Assembly: GCA_964464475.1 (NCBI GenBank)
Contig: CAYXGG010000001.1
Span: 23,174-87,173, forward strand
DNA from: an uncultured Planctomycetales bacterium
GTDB taxonomy: Bacteria; Omnitrophota; Gorgyraeia; Zapsychrales; JAHFFX01
Direction of reading: 5' to 3'
Length of the DNA stretch: 64,000 nucleotides
Part shown: positions 20,160 to 31,427 of the stretch, piece by piece
How positions within the stretch are numbered: position 1 is the first letter of the stretch
How the letters are laid out: every line of letters starts with the position of its first letter
The notes under the pieces: generated by a model
The model's input: the letters and a program-made list of their open reading frames with translations, nothing else
What the model was told of the DNA's origin: nothing
Database searches by the model: none
Position numbers and translations under genes: made by a program

Positions 20160-21506
20160 ATGAATTTCTTTGCGATTACCCGACCTAGACGGTTGATCGT
20201 AAGCATGATCCTGGTCATGATGCTGCTATCCTGCCGGGACGCGTTTGCCTCGATCTACATTAATTTGGTGGCGGCTAATGCCTCACCGGATAAAGTGCGT
20301 GAACTTCCCTTTAAGTACTTCCTTCCTAGAGAATTGAAGCCCGATGATATTTTGGACACGGCCGGCTTGCAGATTGATTATGATATCGATCAGAAGTCTT
20401 ATTTTGTTTATGGAACACTGACGATGCAGCCGCAAGAATCACGCGTTTTAAAAATCGAAGTGAGGGATGTCTGGAAGGTGACTGATGAGGAAATCAGTCG
20501 TCTCAAGAAAGAAGTCGATGATCATTTGGTCCGAACGCAGAATACACCTTATCATGATCGGGCTTCGGTTTTAAAACAGGATATTAACCGAAAATTGGAT
20601 TATATTGTCGAGCAACAAGAAAACTATTCCGGTAACGTTGAGCGTCGCATTGAAGAGTATCGGGCGTACACCGAAGTCATCGCGCAGGTGCGTAAAGATA
20701 TTTTTTCGATCGAGAACTGGGAATCTGTGCAGGCAAAAATGCCGATCACACAGTCTCCTTTGGAAAATAAGACCGTCAAGTTTGTCCTTGAAGTAGAAAA
20801 TCCGCGGAAAGATATCGAAAAGACTTTAAAGCAACAGCACTATCTTCCGATGGAAGTCCTTTCCGAACATATTATTGACTCACGTGGTTTTGACATCCGT
20901 TTTGATGAGAAAAAGCAGCAGACGTATCTCTTTAAGGAAGAATTGTTTCAGCCGGGAGAGAAGAAACGTTACGAAATTATTATTCAGGACATTTGGTATA
21001 TTCCTGAAGACAAGACCAAAGGTTTTACCGAACGCGCGGATACGGCTATGAATGAGTTGCAGGGAACGGATTATGAAAATAGCGCGAAGTATCTTTTTGA
21101 TCAGATTAATCAAGGTATAAAAGGTGTGATTGAGCTGCAAGAGCGCAGCGTCAGCATGAAGGAACATGTAGGCGCTTTCCGTATTAATAAAGACACCATG
21201 AAGACTACTGAGGATCAGCTTTTGCAATTAGAGAGGATCCTGGCTTTGGTTCGGCAAAAACGATTGGAAGAATTGGAGAAAAGTCGGGTTAAGAATATCT
21301 TAAAGAAGATTCAGTCTCTGGATGGCATTAACGCGATCGCGCAGCAATTATTTAAACAAAAACTTTCCATTAATAAGACTTGGAAGATCATTATTGCTAT
21401 TTTAAGTTTTGTAGCCGTCTTCACTGCTTTTCATTTTCTGGTTTGGAAAAAGCGTTCTCGTGACGCGCGCCGACGTCAAGCCCAGCAAAAAGCACAACCT
21501 GCCTAG
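20160..21506 (+). CDS. Hypothetical exported coiled-coil protein with a C-terminal transmembrane anchor (448 aa). It is co-oriented with the giant gene and starts 18 nt downstream of its stop.
   Basis: The N-terminal hydrophobic segment RRLIVSMILVMMLLSCRDAFA resembles a signal peptide with a cleavage site near AFA. The central part is charged and coiled-coil-like. The C-terminus has a hydrophobic helix (WKIIIAILSFVAVFTAFHFLVW) followed by the basic tail KKRSRDARRRQAQQK. No family was recognised. Confidence 0.6.
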   Translation: MNFFAITRPRRLIVSMILVMMLLSCRDAFASIYINLVAANASPDKVRELPFKYFLPRELKPDDILDTAGLQIDYDIDQKSYFVYGTLTMQPQESRVLKIEVRDVWKVTDEEISRLKKEVDDHLVRTQNTPYHDRASVLKQDINRKLDYIVEQQENYSGNVERRIEEYRAYTEVIAQVRKDIFSIENWESVQAKMPITQSPLENKTVKFVLEVENPRKDIEKTLKQQHYLPMEVLSEHIIDSRGFDIRFDEKKQQTYLFKEELFQPGEKKRYEIIIQDIWYIPEDKTKGFTERADTAMNELQGTDYENSAKYLFDQINQGIKGVIELQERSVSMKEHVGAFRINKDTMKTTEDQLLQLERILALVRQKRLEELEKSRVKNILKKIQSLDGINAIAQQLFKQKLSINKTWKIIIAILSFVAVFTAFHFLVWKKRSRDARRRQAQQKAQPA

Positions 21507-21591
21507 TTTCTTAAGTAATTGGGAAATCTCGATTTAAGTAAGAAAAATGAGTTAATTTTTATGATTTTCTCATAGAATTGACGACGGGCTG

Positions 21592-21600
21592 TGCTATAAT
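21592..21600 (+). promoter_or_regulatory. Candidate sigma70-type promoter with an extended -10 (TGcTATAAT) upstream of the ATPase and pseudopilus operon. A ggagga ribosome-binding site lies at 21609-21614 and the TTG start at 21622.
   Basis: The sequence tgtgcTATAATccgaacacGGAGGAaattctcTTG was read directly. The -35 is weak (atagaa at 21572-21577) but an extended -10 TG is present. The 115-nt gap is the only sizeable intergenic gap before a run of 17 tightly packed genes. Confidence 0.4.
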
Positions 21601-21621
21601 CCGAACACGGAGGAAATTCTC

Positions 21622-23196
21622 TTGGTCGAATTACAATATTTTGAAGTTGGTCTAGTCCGATGTATCCGCGGATGTATTGTCATCGTTACCGGTTTTAAGA
21701 ACTGCCTGAATGGTCAGTTGGTCAAATTCGGATACGGAACTATCGGCATGATCGTTGGGTTTACCACTGAAGAAGCTTCTGTATTGATTATTAAAGAAAG
21801 CGAACGCATCAAAACCGGCGACCAGGCTATGGCCACGCTGGAACCCTTTCTCACTCCCGTTGGAGATCATTTTATTGGCCGCATCGTCAACGCGTTAGGG
21901 GAACCCATGGATAGCCTGGGGCCCATTGAAGCGAGCACGATGGCCCCGATTTTTATCGAAGCCCCATCGATTCTTAAACGCGCACAACTTCATAAGACAT
22001 TAGAGACAGGTTGTAAAGTATTGGACGGGATGATCCCCGTTGGATTGGGGCAGCGCGAATTAATACTCGGGGACAAAATGACGGGTAAGACCACGATTGT
22101 CACCGATGCGATATTAAACCAAAAGAATACCGGTCTCATTTGCATTTATGTGGCGATTGGAAAGGCGCGTTCTTCCTTAGCGCGCGTCGTCCAACTATTC
22201 CAGGATAATGATTGTTTTAAATATTCACTTATTGTTTCCGCGACAGCATCTTCATTGCCTGGCCAACAATATTTAGCCCCTTATGTGGCGTGCTCATTGG
22301 CAGAGTATTTTATGAATCAAGGCAAGGACGTATTGATCGGTTTTGATGACTTAATGAAGCATGCCTGGTGTTATCGCGAAATTTCACTGCTTTTGGGGCG
22401 CGCCCCGGGACGAGATTCGTATCCCGGCGACATTTTTTATCTACATTCCAAGTTTATTGAGCGCGCTGCTTTTATGAGTCCTGAAAACGGAGGAGGATCC
22501 ATCACTTTTTTGCCGATTGTGGAAATTTTGGAAGGCGATTTGACGGGATTTGTTCCCTCAAACCTTGTTTCCATGACGGATGGCCAAATTTATCTTAATG
22601 CTCAGCTTTTCGGTGAAGGTCAGCGTCCGGCTGTTGATTTGGGTTTGTCGGTTTCACGCGTCGGCAGTAAAGTCCAGTGGCCTGCGGTAAAGAAATTATG
22701 CGCCCCGTTGCGCTTGGAGTTTTTGCAATTTAGAGAATTGTTGCGGATTTCACGCCTGAAAACGACTGGACAAAGCGAAGAACAGCTCCAGAAATTGAAA
22801 AGTGGCGCCATCCTGACCGAACTATTAAAACAAGATAAAGACGCGCCGGTCCCTTCGGAGGCGCAGGTCATGATTTTTTATGCTTTTAACAAAAAGTTAT
22901 TGATGGAATTATCCATTCCTGAAGTCAATGAGTTTCAGGCTCACATTTTGGAATTCGCTGTGCAGCAAGATCCGCAATTGCTGAAAACGTTACGCGAGAA
23001 GAAAAGTTTGGATGAACAGATAGAAAAAGGGTTGATGGCGGTATTGAACAGTTATCTGGCTCAATTAAAAGGTAAGCGTTCGGGAGCTGAGTCCTCCGGG
23101 GCCAATAAGGATGAAGTCTCTCAGGACGTTTTGGACCAAGCGGTTTCCAAGGCCGCGGCTAAGGACAAGGAAGCCAAATCTGCCGGAAAATCGTAA
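21622..23196 (+). CDS. atpA: F-type ATPase alpha subunit (524 aa, TTG start).
   Basis: ELILGDKMTGKTTIVTDAILNQK matches ELIIGDRQTGKT in the F1-alpha P-loop region. Homology continues through CIYVAIGKA, ATASS, QYLAPY, SLLLGRAPGRD(S)YPGD(I)FYLHS(KF)IERAA and ITFLPIVE..GD...FVP(S)N(LV)S(M)TDGQI(Y)L...LF..G.RPAV. Bracketed residues show where this protein differs from my recalled E. coli F1-alpha. Confidence 0.9.
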   Translation: MVELQYFEVGLVRCIRGCIVIVTGFKNCLNGQLVKFGYGTIGMIVGFTTEEASVLIIKESERIKTGDQAMATLEPFLTPVGDHFIGRIVNALGEPMDSLGPIEASTMAPIFIEAPSILKRAQLHKTLETGCKVLDGMIPVGLGQRELILGDKMTGKTTIVTDAILNQKNTGLICIYVAIGKARSSLARVVQLFQDNDCFKYSLIVSATASSLPGQQYLAPYVACSLAEYFMNQGKDVLIGFDDLMKHAWCYREISLLLGRAPGRDSYPGDIFYLHSKFIERAAFMSPENGGGSITFLPIVEILEGDLTGFVPSNLVSMTDGQIYLNAQLFGEGQRPAVDLGLSVSRVGSKVQWPAVKKLCAPLRLEFLQFRELLRISRLKTTGQSEEQLQKLKSGAILTELLKQDKDAPVPSEAQVMIFYAFNKKLLMELSIPEVNEFQAHILEFAVQQDPQLLKTLREKKSLDEQIEKGLMAVLNSYLAQLKGKRSGAESSGANKDEVSQDVLDQAVSKAAAKDKEAKSAGKS

Positions 23197-23214
23197 TCGA
23201 ATTAAATAGTCGGC

Positions 23215-23520
23215 ATGTATAAAGGTATTTTTAAATTAGTGGTCATGAGTTCAAAATCCCTCATTTATGAAAATGAGGTTCATAGTGTTTTCTTGTCGGG
23301 GGATCGGGGAGAGTATGAACTTTTAGCGTACCACTATCCATTGGTGGGAGTTTTGACGCGGGGCAACATTATTATCGACTGGAAAGAAAGCATTCCCATT
23401 AAAGGCGGCATTGTTCGCTTTATGGCCAACGAATGTTCCATTATGGTCGAAGAGGAAGACCAGAAGACATTAAATGTTTCAACGCTGGATACCGTGAATA
23501 AAGAAGTTCGGAAAGAATAA
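23215..23520 (+). CDS. atpC: F-type ATPase epsilon subunit-like protein (101 aa).
   Basis: The size, its position after atpA, and an N-terminal beta-sandwich-like pattern (LVVMSSKSLIYENEVHSVFLSGDRGEYELLAYHYPLVGVLTRGNIII) resemble F1 epsilon (the ...P.G..GILP.H.P....L..G.. pattern). Confidence 0.5.
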   Translation: MYKGIFKLVVMSSKSLIYENEVHSVFLSGDRGEYELLAYHYPLVGVLTRGNIIIDWKESIPIKGGIVRFMANECSIMVEEEDQKTLNVSTLDTVNKEVRKE

Positions 23521-23522
23521 TC

Positions 23523-23747
23523 ATGCTCTTAGCTGAAACATTAATTATTATCGCGATCATGTTTATCGCGGTCATGGGGCCATCGGTCGTTATCGCAGTT
23601 TTGGGGTATGCGGTGATCAAGGCGCTGGCGCGCAATCCTTCCGCGGCGTCCAAGATATTTATGGGCATGGTGGTGATGTTAATTTTTGTAGAAGCTATTT
23701 CTATCGTCGCGATTCTGATTATTTTTCAATTGTTTGGGAGAGGATAA
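23523..23747 (+). CDS. atpE: F-type ATPase c subunit (proteolipid), divergent, 74 aa.
   Basis: It is a two-helix hairpin. The loop ARNPSAASK is similar to the ARQPE loop of c subunits. A conserved carboxylate sits in helix 2 (FVEAIS). The helix-1 glycine motif is degraded (AVMGPSVVIAVLG). Confidence 0.6.
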   Translation: MLLAETLIIIAIMFIAVMGPSVVIAVLGYAVIKALARNPSAASKIFMGMVVMLIFVEAISIVAILIIFQLFGRG

Positions 23748-23754
23748 CCCATAA

Positions 23755-23994
23755 ATGCATTTTGAATATTGGTACGAAGCGCTTATTTTTATCGGGATTT
23801 TCTTAGTTTTGATCCTCGTTCCCTGTGTAGCCGTGGGGATGATGGGTTACCAGATGCTGCATCGCGTTGGTAATGAACCGAGTAAAACCCCGTTCATTCA
23901 GCTGAGCATTTTCTGGCAGCTAGTGGTTCTGGAAGCTTTATCTTTTTTGTGTTTGATTATTTTTGCGAACTTTTTTGATCCGCATCATGGATAA
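23755..23994 (+). CDS. Second c-subunit-like proteolipid paralogue (79 aa).
   Basis: It has the same hairpin architecture as the preceding gene. Helix 1 is LVPCVAVGMMGYQML, the polar loop is HRVGNEPSKTP, and helix 2 carries an acidic residue (VVLEALSF). It is a clear paralogue of 23523..23747 (compare GY..xxxALARNPS with GYQMLHRVGNEPS). Confidence 0.45.
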   Translation: MHFEYWYEALIFIGIFLVLILVPCVAVGMMGYQMLHRVGNEPSKTPFIQLSIFWQLVVLEALSFLCLIIFANFFDPHHG

Positions 23995-24032
23995 AATATG
24001 GTCAATCATTCATCAAATCTAAGGAGACAGCG

Positions 24033-24803
24033 ATGCCTTCGCACAAAATGAATTTAATCGAGTTTATTTTCTCTTTTTTAGTCCTCATGGGTGTCGTGGG
24101 AGGCGTGGTTATCTTTTTTTTAAAAAAGTTATTATTCAAGGACATTGAAAATGCAAAGAATTCTCTCTACGAACAAGCGGAGGCGGCGCGTCTTAAACAG
24201 GCGGAATTAAACAAAAAAATTAAAGAAGCTGATGAGGAGCTGGCCAAGCGTCGACAAGAAGCCGACAATTTGACTAAGAAAATGCTTTCGGAGGCGGAAG
24301 ATAAGGTTAAATTGGAAAGAGAGTCGATGGTGAACAAAGCCCGCTTAGAAGGGGAGGAAATCATCACCAAGGCTCAGATGACCCGCGACAAAATTCGCAA
24401 GGAAATCGAAGTGGAAATGGAACTCAAAGCGATTGGTTATGGCGTTGAAATGCTCAATAGCATTATGGAAAAGCGAACGCGCGGTGCTTTAGACGCGCAG
24501 TTGGTGGAGGAATTTTTGCAGGGATTAGAGAAGGTGGAAATGGGACATATTAATTTAAGTAGTGGTGGTGTTGAGTTGACCACCACCCAGCCGCTAGAGG
24601 CTTCCTTAACAGCCAAGTTGCAGCAGTTGCTGAATACCAAATTAAAACAAACGATAGCTATCACTTATAAACAGGATCCTGCTATTATGGGCGGGGCTAT
24701 TTTAAGAATTGGCACATTAGGCTTAGACGGAAGTTTACGTAATATGATTAAAGAGGCGGGCGCGAAATATAAACAGCGAGTCGAGGGAGCTGCCGGCGCT
24801 TAA
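24033..24803 (+). CDS. atpF: F-type ATPase b subunit fused to a delta (OSCP)-like C-terminal domain (256 aa).
   Basis: There is an N-terminal single transmembrane helix (LIEFIFSFLVLMGVVGGVVIFFL) followed by a long charged helix typical of the b subunit. The C-terminus ITYKQDPAIMGGAILRIGTLGLDGSLRNMIKEA matches the delta C-terminal signature (DpsLiGG..vr.Gd.v.DgSvr..L). Confidence 0.6.
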   Translation: MPSHKMNLIEFIFSFLVLMGVVGGVVIFFLKKLLFKDIENAKNSLYEQAEAARLKQAELNKKIKEADEELAKRRQEADNLTKKMLSEAEDKVKLERESMVNKARLEGEEIITKAQMTRDKIRKEIEVEMELKAIGYGVEMLNSIMEKRTRGALDAQLVEEFLQGLEKVEMGHINLSSGGVELTTTQPLEASLTAKLQQLLNTKLKQTIAITYKQDPAIMGGAILRIGTLGLDGSLRNMIKEAGAKYKQRVEGAAGA

Positions 24804-24818
24804 AGGCGGACAATCTAC

Positions 24819-27162
<2,344 letters not shown>

Positions 27163-27164
27163 TT

Positions 27165-29369
27165 ATGACAAAATATGCCGATAAATTCTTGAGCGATTTG
27201 CTGGTAAAAAATGGGTTTTTCCCACCGGTCGAAGTTGAGCAGTTTCTTAAAGAGACGCTGTCAACCAACGACTCGCTCTATCATTATCTCGTCAAGAGGC
27301 AATTGATTTCTGAACATCAGATTGTTAGCGCGCTGTGCCTGGAGTTAAATTGCGATTTAATTACATTGAAAAATATTAGAATTGACCAGGTGGTCATTGA
27401 CCGGGTTCCGGTGAAGTTCGCTTGGTATTACAAATTTATGCCCGTTAAAATTGAAGATAAGTCCCTGACAATCGCTATTTCTATGCCTATGGAAGTCAAA
27501 GTTTTGGATGAAATCCGCACTTATTTGGGGCTGGATCCCAAAACTGTTTTTACCACGGACTCTGACCTCAACGAAGCTTTTAACAAGTACTATGGTTTGG
27601 CGGCGGAAACTATTGATAAAGTGCTGACCAAAGATCCCAGCCGCCGGCAGTCGGCGAACGAGTCGTCAGCCCACGCCGTGGAGGACCTGGAACATAAGTC
27701 CGAAGATGCGTCTGTTTCTCGACTTGTTAACCAGGTCATTTTGGAAGCTTACCAAAAACGCGCGACGGATATTCATATTGAACCTTATCGGAACAAAGTT
27801 CGGATCCGCTACCGGATCGACGGCGCTTTGGTCGATGCCAATTTGCCCTCAGAGATCAAACATTTGCTACTGCCGATGATTTCTCGAATTAAAATCATGG
27901 CTAATTTAAGTATTGTTGAGAAACGCTTACCTCAGGACGGTAGCGCAGCTGTGCGCGCTAAAGACCAGAGTTTGGATCTGCGGGTCTCGACGATCCCCAC
28001 TCCTTGGGGAGAGAGTATGGTGATTCGTCTATTGCCGGCTAAAGTGACTATGCTAACGCTGGAAAAATTAGGTATTGATGTCGATCATTTGCGGATTTTT
28101 CGTGAATTGGTGAAGAAGCCCCACGGGATTATCTTTGTTACCGGACCGACGGGTTCCGGCAAAACAACAACCCTCTACGCCTGCTTGCAGGAAATTAATT
28201 CCGAGCAGCGCAAAATTATTACTATTGAAGATCCCGTTGAGTATGAGATGGAAGGGATCACGCAAATCCAGGTCAATACTAAAGTCAATTTAGATTTCGC
28301 GGCGGGACTCAGAAGTGTGTTGCGGCATGACCCGAATATTATCATGGTGGGAGAAGTCCGTGATTTAGAAACGGCTGAGATTGCCATTCGGACTGCCTTA
28401 ACTGGTCATTTGGTTTTTTCAACTTTGCACACCAATGACGCTGCGAGTGGCGTGACTCGGCTAGTGGATATGGGGCTGGAGCCTTTTTTGGTAGCTTCGA
28501 GCGTGGATGCTTTTATCGCGCAACGATTGGTGCGAACGATCTGTCCTCATTGTAAGACGCAAGATGCTAAAGTCCCGGCGGATTTAATTCAAGAGATGGC
28601 GCACTCCTTAAAGATTGATACTCAGGAAGTGAAGGTTTTTAAAGGTTTGGGTTGTGAGCGATGTAACAAAACTGGTTTTTATGGCCGGACTGCGCTTTAT
28701 GAATTTTTGCTCGTCAGTGACGCGATCCAGGCGGCTATTTTGGAAAAGCCTCGCGCTGAATATATCCGTCAGTTGGCCATGGCTGAGGGGATGCAAACAT
28801 TAAGGCAAAATGGCTGGCGTAAAGTCATCTCGGGCGTAACAACGCCATCGGAAGTCATGAATGTGACATCGAGGGAAGAAGAGGTCGCCGTGACTAACCG
28901 GCAGGTGAATAGCGGCTCGTTTTCTAGTGAATCAAACATTCCTGAATCATTAAAAGAGTTTAAAGGCTTGGCGGATTTGTCATCGGACCAACGCAACCTT
29001 TCGTCCCGCGCGCACCCACGACTGAATGTGGAATTACCTATTAGGTTTAAATTGAATATTCATGACCAGGAGCAAACGGAGTCAGCGCAGGATGTGGAGC
29101 AGTCTGCATTGACGAGAGATTTAAGCGCGGGTGGCGTTTGTTTCTTATCGCGTTTTATTATTCCCGTTGGGACGGTCATCACGCTCAAAGTGCAATTGGA
29201 AGGTGAGTCGCGGAGTTTGAATTGTCTGGCTAAAGTCTGCCGGGTGGAACAGGATCATCAGGGTAATTGTTATTTTATCAGCGTGACGTATTTAGATATG
29301 GCCAGTGCGGACCGCGCTAAAATCAATCATTTCGTCGCGGCTAAATTAAAGCCCGAAAATAACCCTTAA
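27165..29369 (+). CDS. gspE: Type II secretion / type IV pilus assembly ATPase (GspE/PilB family) with a C-terminal PilZ c-di-GMP-binding domain (734 aa).
   Basis: There is an N-terminal GSPII_E_N-like domain, a Walker A motif (GPTGSGKTTTLYA), Asp box and Walker B (IIMVGEVRDLETA), and a tetracysteine motif CPHCK...CERCNK. The C-terminal roughly 115 aa contains the PilZ signatures RAHPR (RxxxR) and DLSAGG (DxSxGG). The PilZ segment lies at about 29007..29340. Confidence 0.85.
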   Translation: MTKYADKFLSDLLVKNGFFPPVEVEQFLKETLSTNDSLYHYLVKRQLISEHQIVSALCLELNCDLITLKNIRIDQVVIDRVPVKFAWYYKFMPVKIEDKSLTIAISMPMEVKVLDEIRTYLGLDPKTVFTTDSDLNEAFNKYYGLAAETIDKVLTKDPSRRQSANESSAHAVEDLEHKSEDASVSRLVNQVILEAYQKRATDIHIEPYRNKVRIRYRIDGALVDANLPSEIKHLLLPMISRIKIMANLSIVEKRLPQDGSAAVRAKDQSLDLRVSTIPTPWGESMVIRLLPAKVTMLTLEKLGIDVDHLRIFRELVKKPHGIIFVTGPTGSGKTTTLYACLQEINSEQRKIITIEDPVEYEMEGITQIQVNTKVNLDFAAGLRSVLRHDPNIIMVGEVRDLETAEIAIRTALTGHLVFSTLHTNDAASGVTRLVDMGLEPFLVASSVDAFIAQRLVRTICPHCKTQDAKVPADLIQEMAHSLKIDTQEVKVFKGLGCERCNKTGFYGRTALYEFLLVSDAIQAAILEKPRAEYIRQLAMAEGMQTLRQNGWRKVISGVTTPSEVMNVTSREEEVAVTNRQVNSGSFSSESNIPESLKEFKGLADLSSDQRNLSSRAHPRLNVELPIRFKLNIHDQEQTESAQDVEQSALTRDLSAGGVCFLSRFIIPVGTVITLKVQLEGESRSLNCLAKVCRVEQDHQGNCYFISVTYLDMASADRAKINHFVAAKLKPENNP

Positions 29370-29382
29370 CCAATTAAAGTCT

Positions 29383-30591
29383 ATGCCGCTGTTTAACTAT
29401 AAAGCTAAAAGACCGGACACTCAAACCGTGGAAGGACGAATCTCGGCGGAAAATGAAGAGATGGCTATAGAGCTATTGACTCAACAAGGATTACTGCCGA
29501 TTAAAGTTCTTCCCGTGGAAGACGGAGCTCAGGGGGTATTAGGGACTTTTGCCGATCAAGTGCATCGTAAGGACGTCTATTTGTTTTCTAAACAGTTGGT
29601 GAGTTTGCTTAAGGGCGGAGTTGCGCTTTTACAGGCTTTGGAGATTTTGGAACGGCAGACCAAATCCAGGGCGTTGAAGGGCGTGATTAGTAAAATAGTC
29701 GCGGCGGTTCGGGACGGTAATTCTTTTTCTCAGGCGATGAGTTCATTCCCCAAAGTATTTTCTCCGCTTTTTGTAGCGATGGTCAAGGTGGGTGAGGAAA
29801 GCGGAAATTTAAAAGATGTGCTAAGAAATGTGACTGAATACCAGCAACGGCAAGAAGAACTCGTGAATAAAGTTCAAGGGGCCTTGATTTACCCAACGAT
29901 CATGAGTTGTGTCGGTATGGGCACGGTGATTTTTGTATTGACCTATGTCATGCCCAAGATTGTGGGACTACTTAACGGTTTGAATACCGAGTTGCCTTGG
30001 CCGACCAAGATGCTGCTAAAGTTAAGCGGTTTGTTTGCCGGAAATAATTTGTGGATTGTGATTTGTGTTCTGATGTTAGGTGTTATTTTGACTTGGTGGA
30101 GTAATTTAGCCAAGCAGGACAAACTAAAAAGTTTTATTTCTTTGAAAATGCCGGTTGTGGGTGATTTGTTGACTCGAGTGGATATCGCGCGTTTTTGCCG
30201 CACGATGGAGATCTTGCTTAAAGGAGGGATCCCTATTTTGCGGTCGATTGCTTTGGCCACCCCGGTGGTTAACAACGCGATTCTTCGGCAAGATTTATCC
30301 CAGAGTTTGGAGGCCCTTTCCTCGGGGGACTCTTTAGCGCGCAGTTTACAAAATTCTCGCTGGTTGCCACCAATGATGCTGAGCCTTATTTCCGTGGGGG
30401 AGGAATCCGGGTCGCTGGCAGAAGCCTTGGGTGATGTCGCCGACATTTATGAGTCTGAAACGAATGAATGGCTCAAAATGATGACCACTTTACTGGAGCC
30501 ACTGATGATTCTGGTCATTGGCGGGGTGATTGGATTTTTGGTTATGGCGATGTTGTTGCCCATATTTCAAATTGATGTTTTTGCGCGTTAA
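29383..30591 (+). CDS. gspF: Type II secretion / type IV pilus inner-membrane platform protein (GspF/PilC family, 402 aa).
   Basis: It has two repeated GspF domains with three transmembrane segments. Conserved stretches include LLKGGVALLQALEIL and LLKGGIPILRSIAL. It lies immediately downstream of the secretion ATPase. Confidence 0.85.
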   Translation: MPLFNYKAKRPDTQTVEGRISAENEEMAIELLTQQGLLPIKVLPVEDGAQGVLGTFADQVHRKDVYLFSKQLVSLLKGGVALLQALEILERQTKSRALKGVISKIVAAVRDGNSFSQAMSSFPKVFSPLFVAMVKVGEESGNLKDVLRNVTEYQQRQEELVNKVQGALIYPTIMSCVGMGTVIFVLTYVMPKIVGLLNGLNTELPWPTKMLLKLSGLFAGNNLWIVICVLMLGVILTWWSNLAKQDKLKSFISLKMPVVGDLLTRVDIARFCRTMEILLKGGIPILRSIALATPVVNNAILRQDLSQSLEALSSGDSLARSLQNSRWLPPMMLSLISVGEESGSLAEALGDVADIYESETNEWLKMMTTLLEPLMILVIGGVIGFLVMAMLLPIFQIDVFAR

Positions 30592-30592
30592 G

Positions 30593-31414
30593 GTGGGTCA
30601 TTTTGGCGCCGGCGCGAGTGCAAAAGTCATTTTTCCGGTGCTGCTTATCATGGTCTGGACTGCTGTCAGTCAGGCTGACACGCTGGACTGGCAGGAGCAG
30701 CGCGGTGATCACTTTATTGTTTATTATTTAGAGGATAAAGATAGTCATCTCGCTAGTCAGACGATTATAAAGGCGGAAGAATTTTATCGGCAAATTGATG
30801 AAGATATCGGGTACTCGCGGTATTCTAATTTCTGGACTTGGGAAAATCGGGTCAAAATATTTATTTTTCCAAACAAGGATTTGTTCCGGCAGTACACCGG
30901 GCAGCCCGAGTGGTCCCACGGCATGGCCAGTAGTAATACCCGTTTGTTTGGAGCGCGGTTTATCGTGACGTATAGTGAACAGAAGAATTTCTTTGATGGT
31001 TTGCTGCCCCATGAAATGAGTCATTTGATGTTGCATGATTTTTTAGGTTCTTCGCAGGCTGCGCCACTCTGGTTCGATGAAGGAATGGCACAGTTGTTGG
31101 AAGAAGGCAAACTCGCTAAATGCGCGCCAATTGTTCGATACATGGCGCAAAAAGAAAAATTTTTTCCTTTCGAACAGTTGAATGATTTAGATATTCGCCA
31201 GGAGAGAAATAATAAATTGGCGGTTCTGTTTTATGCTCAAGGGGTTTCCGTGGTCGATTTTATAAAAAAGCAGTATGGCCGCGCGGCGTTACAGCAAATT
31301 TGCCGTGGGCTTAAAGAAGGCCGTTCTTTTGAAGAGGCGTTGCGGGTGGCTACGTCTCAGGCTGTCCCTACGATGAAAGAGCTCGAGCGTAAATGGCTCA
31401 ACGCCGTTAAGTAG
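30593..31414 (+). CDS. Secreted zinc metallopeptidase of the Peptidase_MA_2-like family (HExxH plus a downstream EG). A GTG start at 30593 is proposed.
   Basis: HEMSHLMLHDF...PLWFDEGMAQLLEEG matches the HExxH...EG.A gluzincin signature. There is an N-terminal signal-like segment AKVIFPVLLIMVWTAVSQA. The ORF-track start at 30530 overlaps gspF, and a GTG at 30593, right after the gspF stop, gives the signal peptide. Confidence 0.55.
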   Translation: MGHFGAGASAKVIFPVLLIMVWTAVSQADTLDWQEQRGDHFIVYYLEDKDSHLASQTIIKAEEFYRQIDEDIGYSRYSNFWTWENRVKIFIFPNKDLFRQYTGQPEWSHGMASSNTRLFGARFIVTYSEQKNFFDGLLPHEMSHLMLHDFLGSSQAAPLWFDEGMAQLLEEGKLAKCAPIVRYMAQKEKFFPFEQLNDLDIRQERNNKLAVLFYAQGVSVVDFIKKQYGRAALQQICRGLKEGRSFEEALRVATSQAVPTMKELERKWLNAVK

Positions 31415-31427
31415 TCAACTAAAAGGA

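Noticed and set aside
20160-21506. I considered whether the missing F-ATPase a subunit could be this ORF.
   Set aside because: It is mostly hydrophilic with a single C-terminal transmembrane helix. It has no polytopic membrane domain and no stator Arg motif.
21581-21600. TTGACG at 21579-21584 was considered as the -35 for the TATAAT at 21595.
   Set aside because: The spacing is only about 11 nt. The extended -10 (TGcTATAAT) with a weak -35 is the more defensible reading.
30530-30592. The ORF-track start of the metallopeptidase at 30530 overlaps gspF by 62 nt.
   Set aside because: The upstream codons (MDFWLWRCCCPYF...) look non-genic. A GTG directly after the gspF stop yields a proper signal peptide.
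30593-31414. The HExxH protein was considered as the missing prepilin peptidase.
   Set aside because: Prepilin peptidases are polytopic aspartic proteases (Peptidase_A24). This is a soluble gluzincin-type enzyme.
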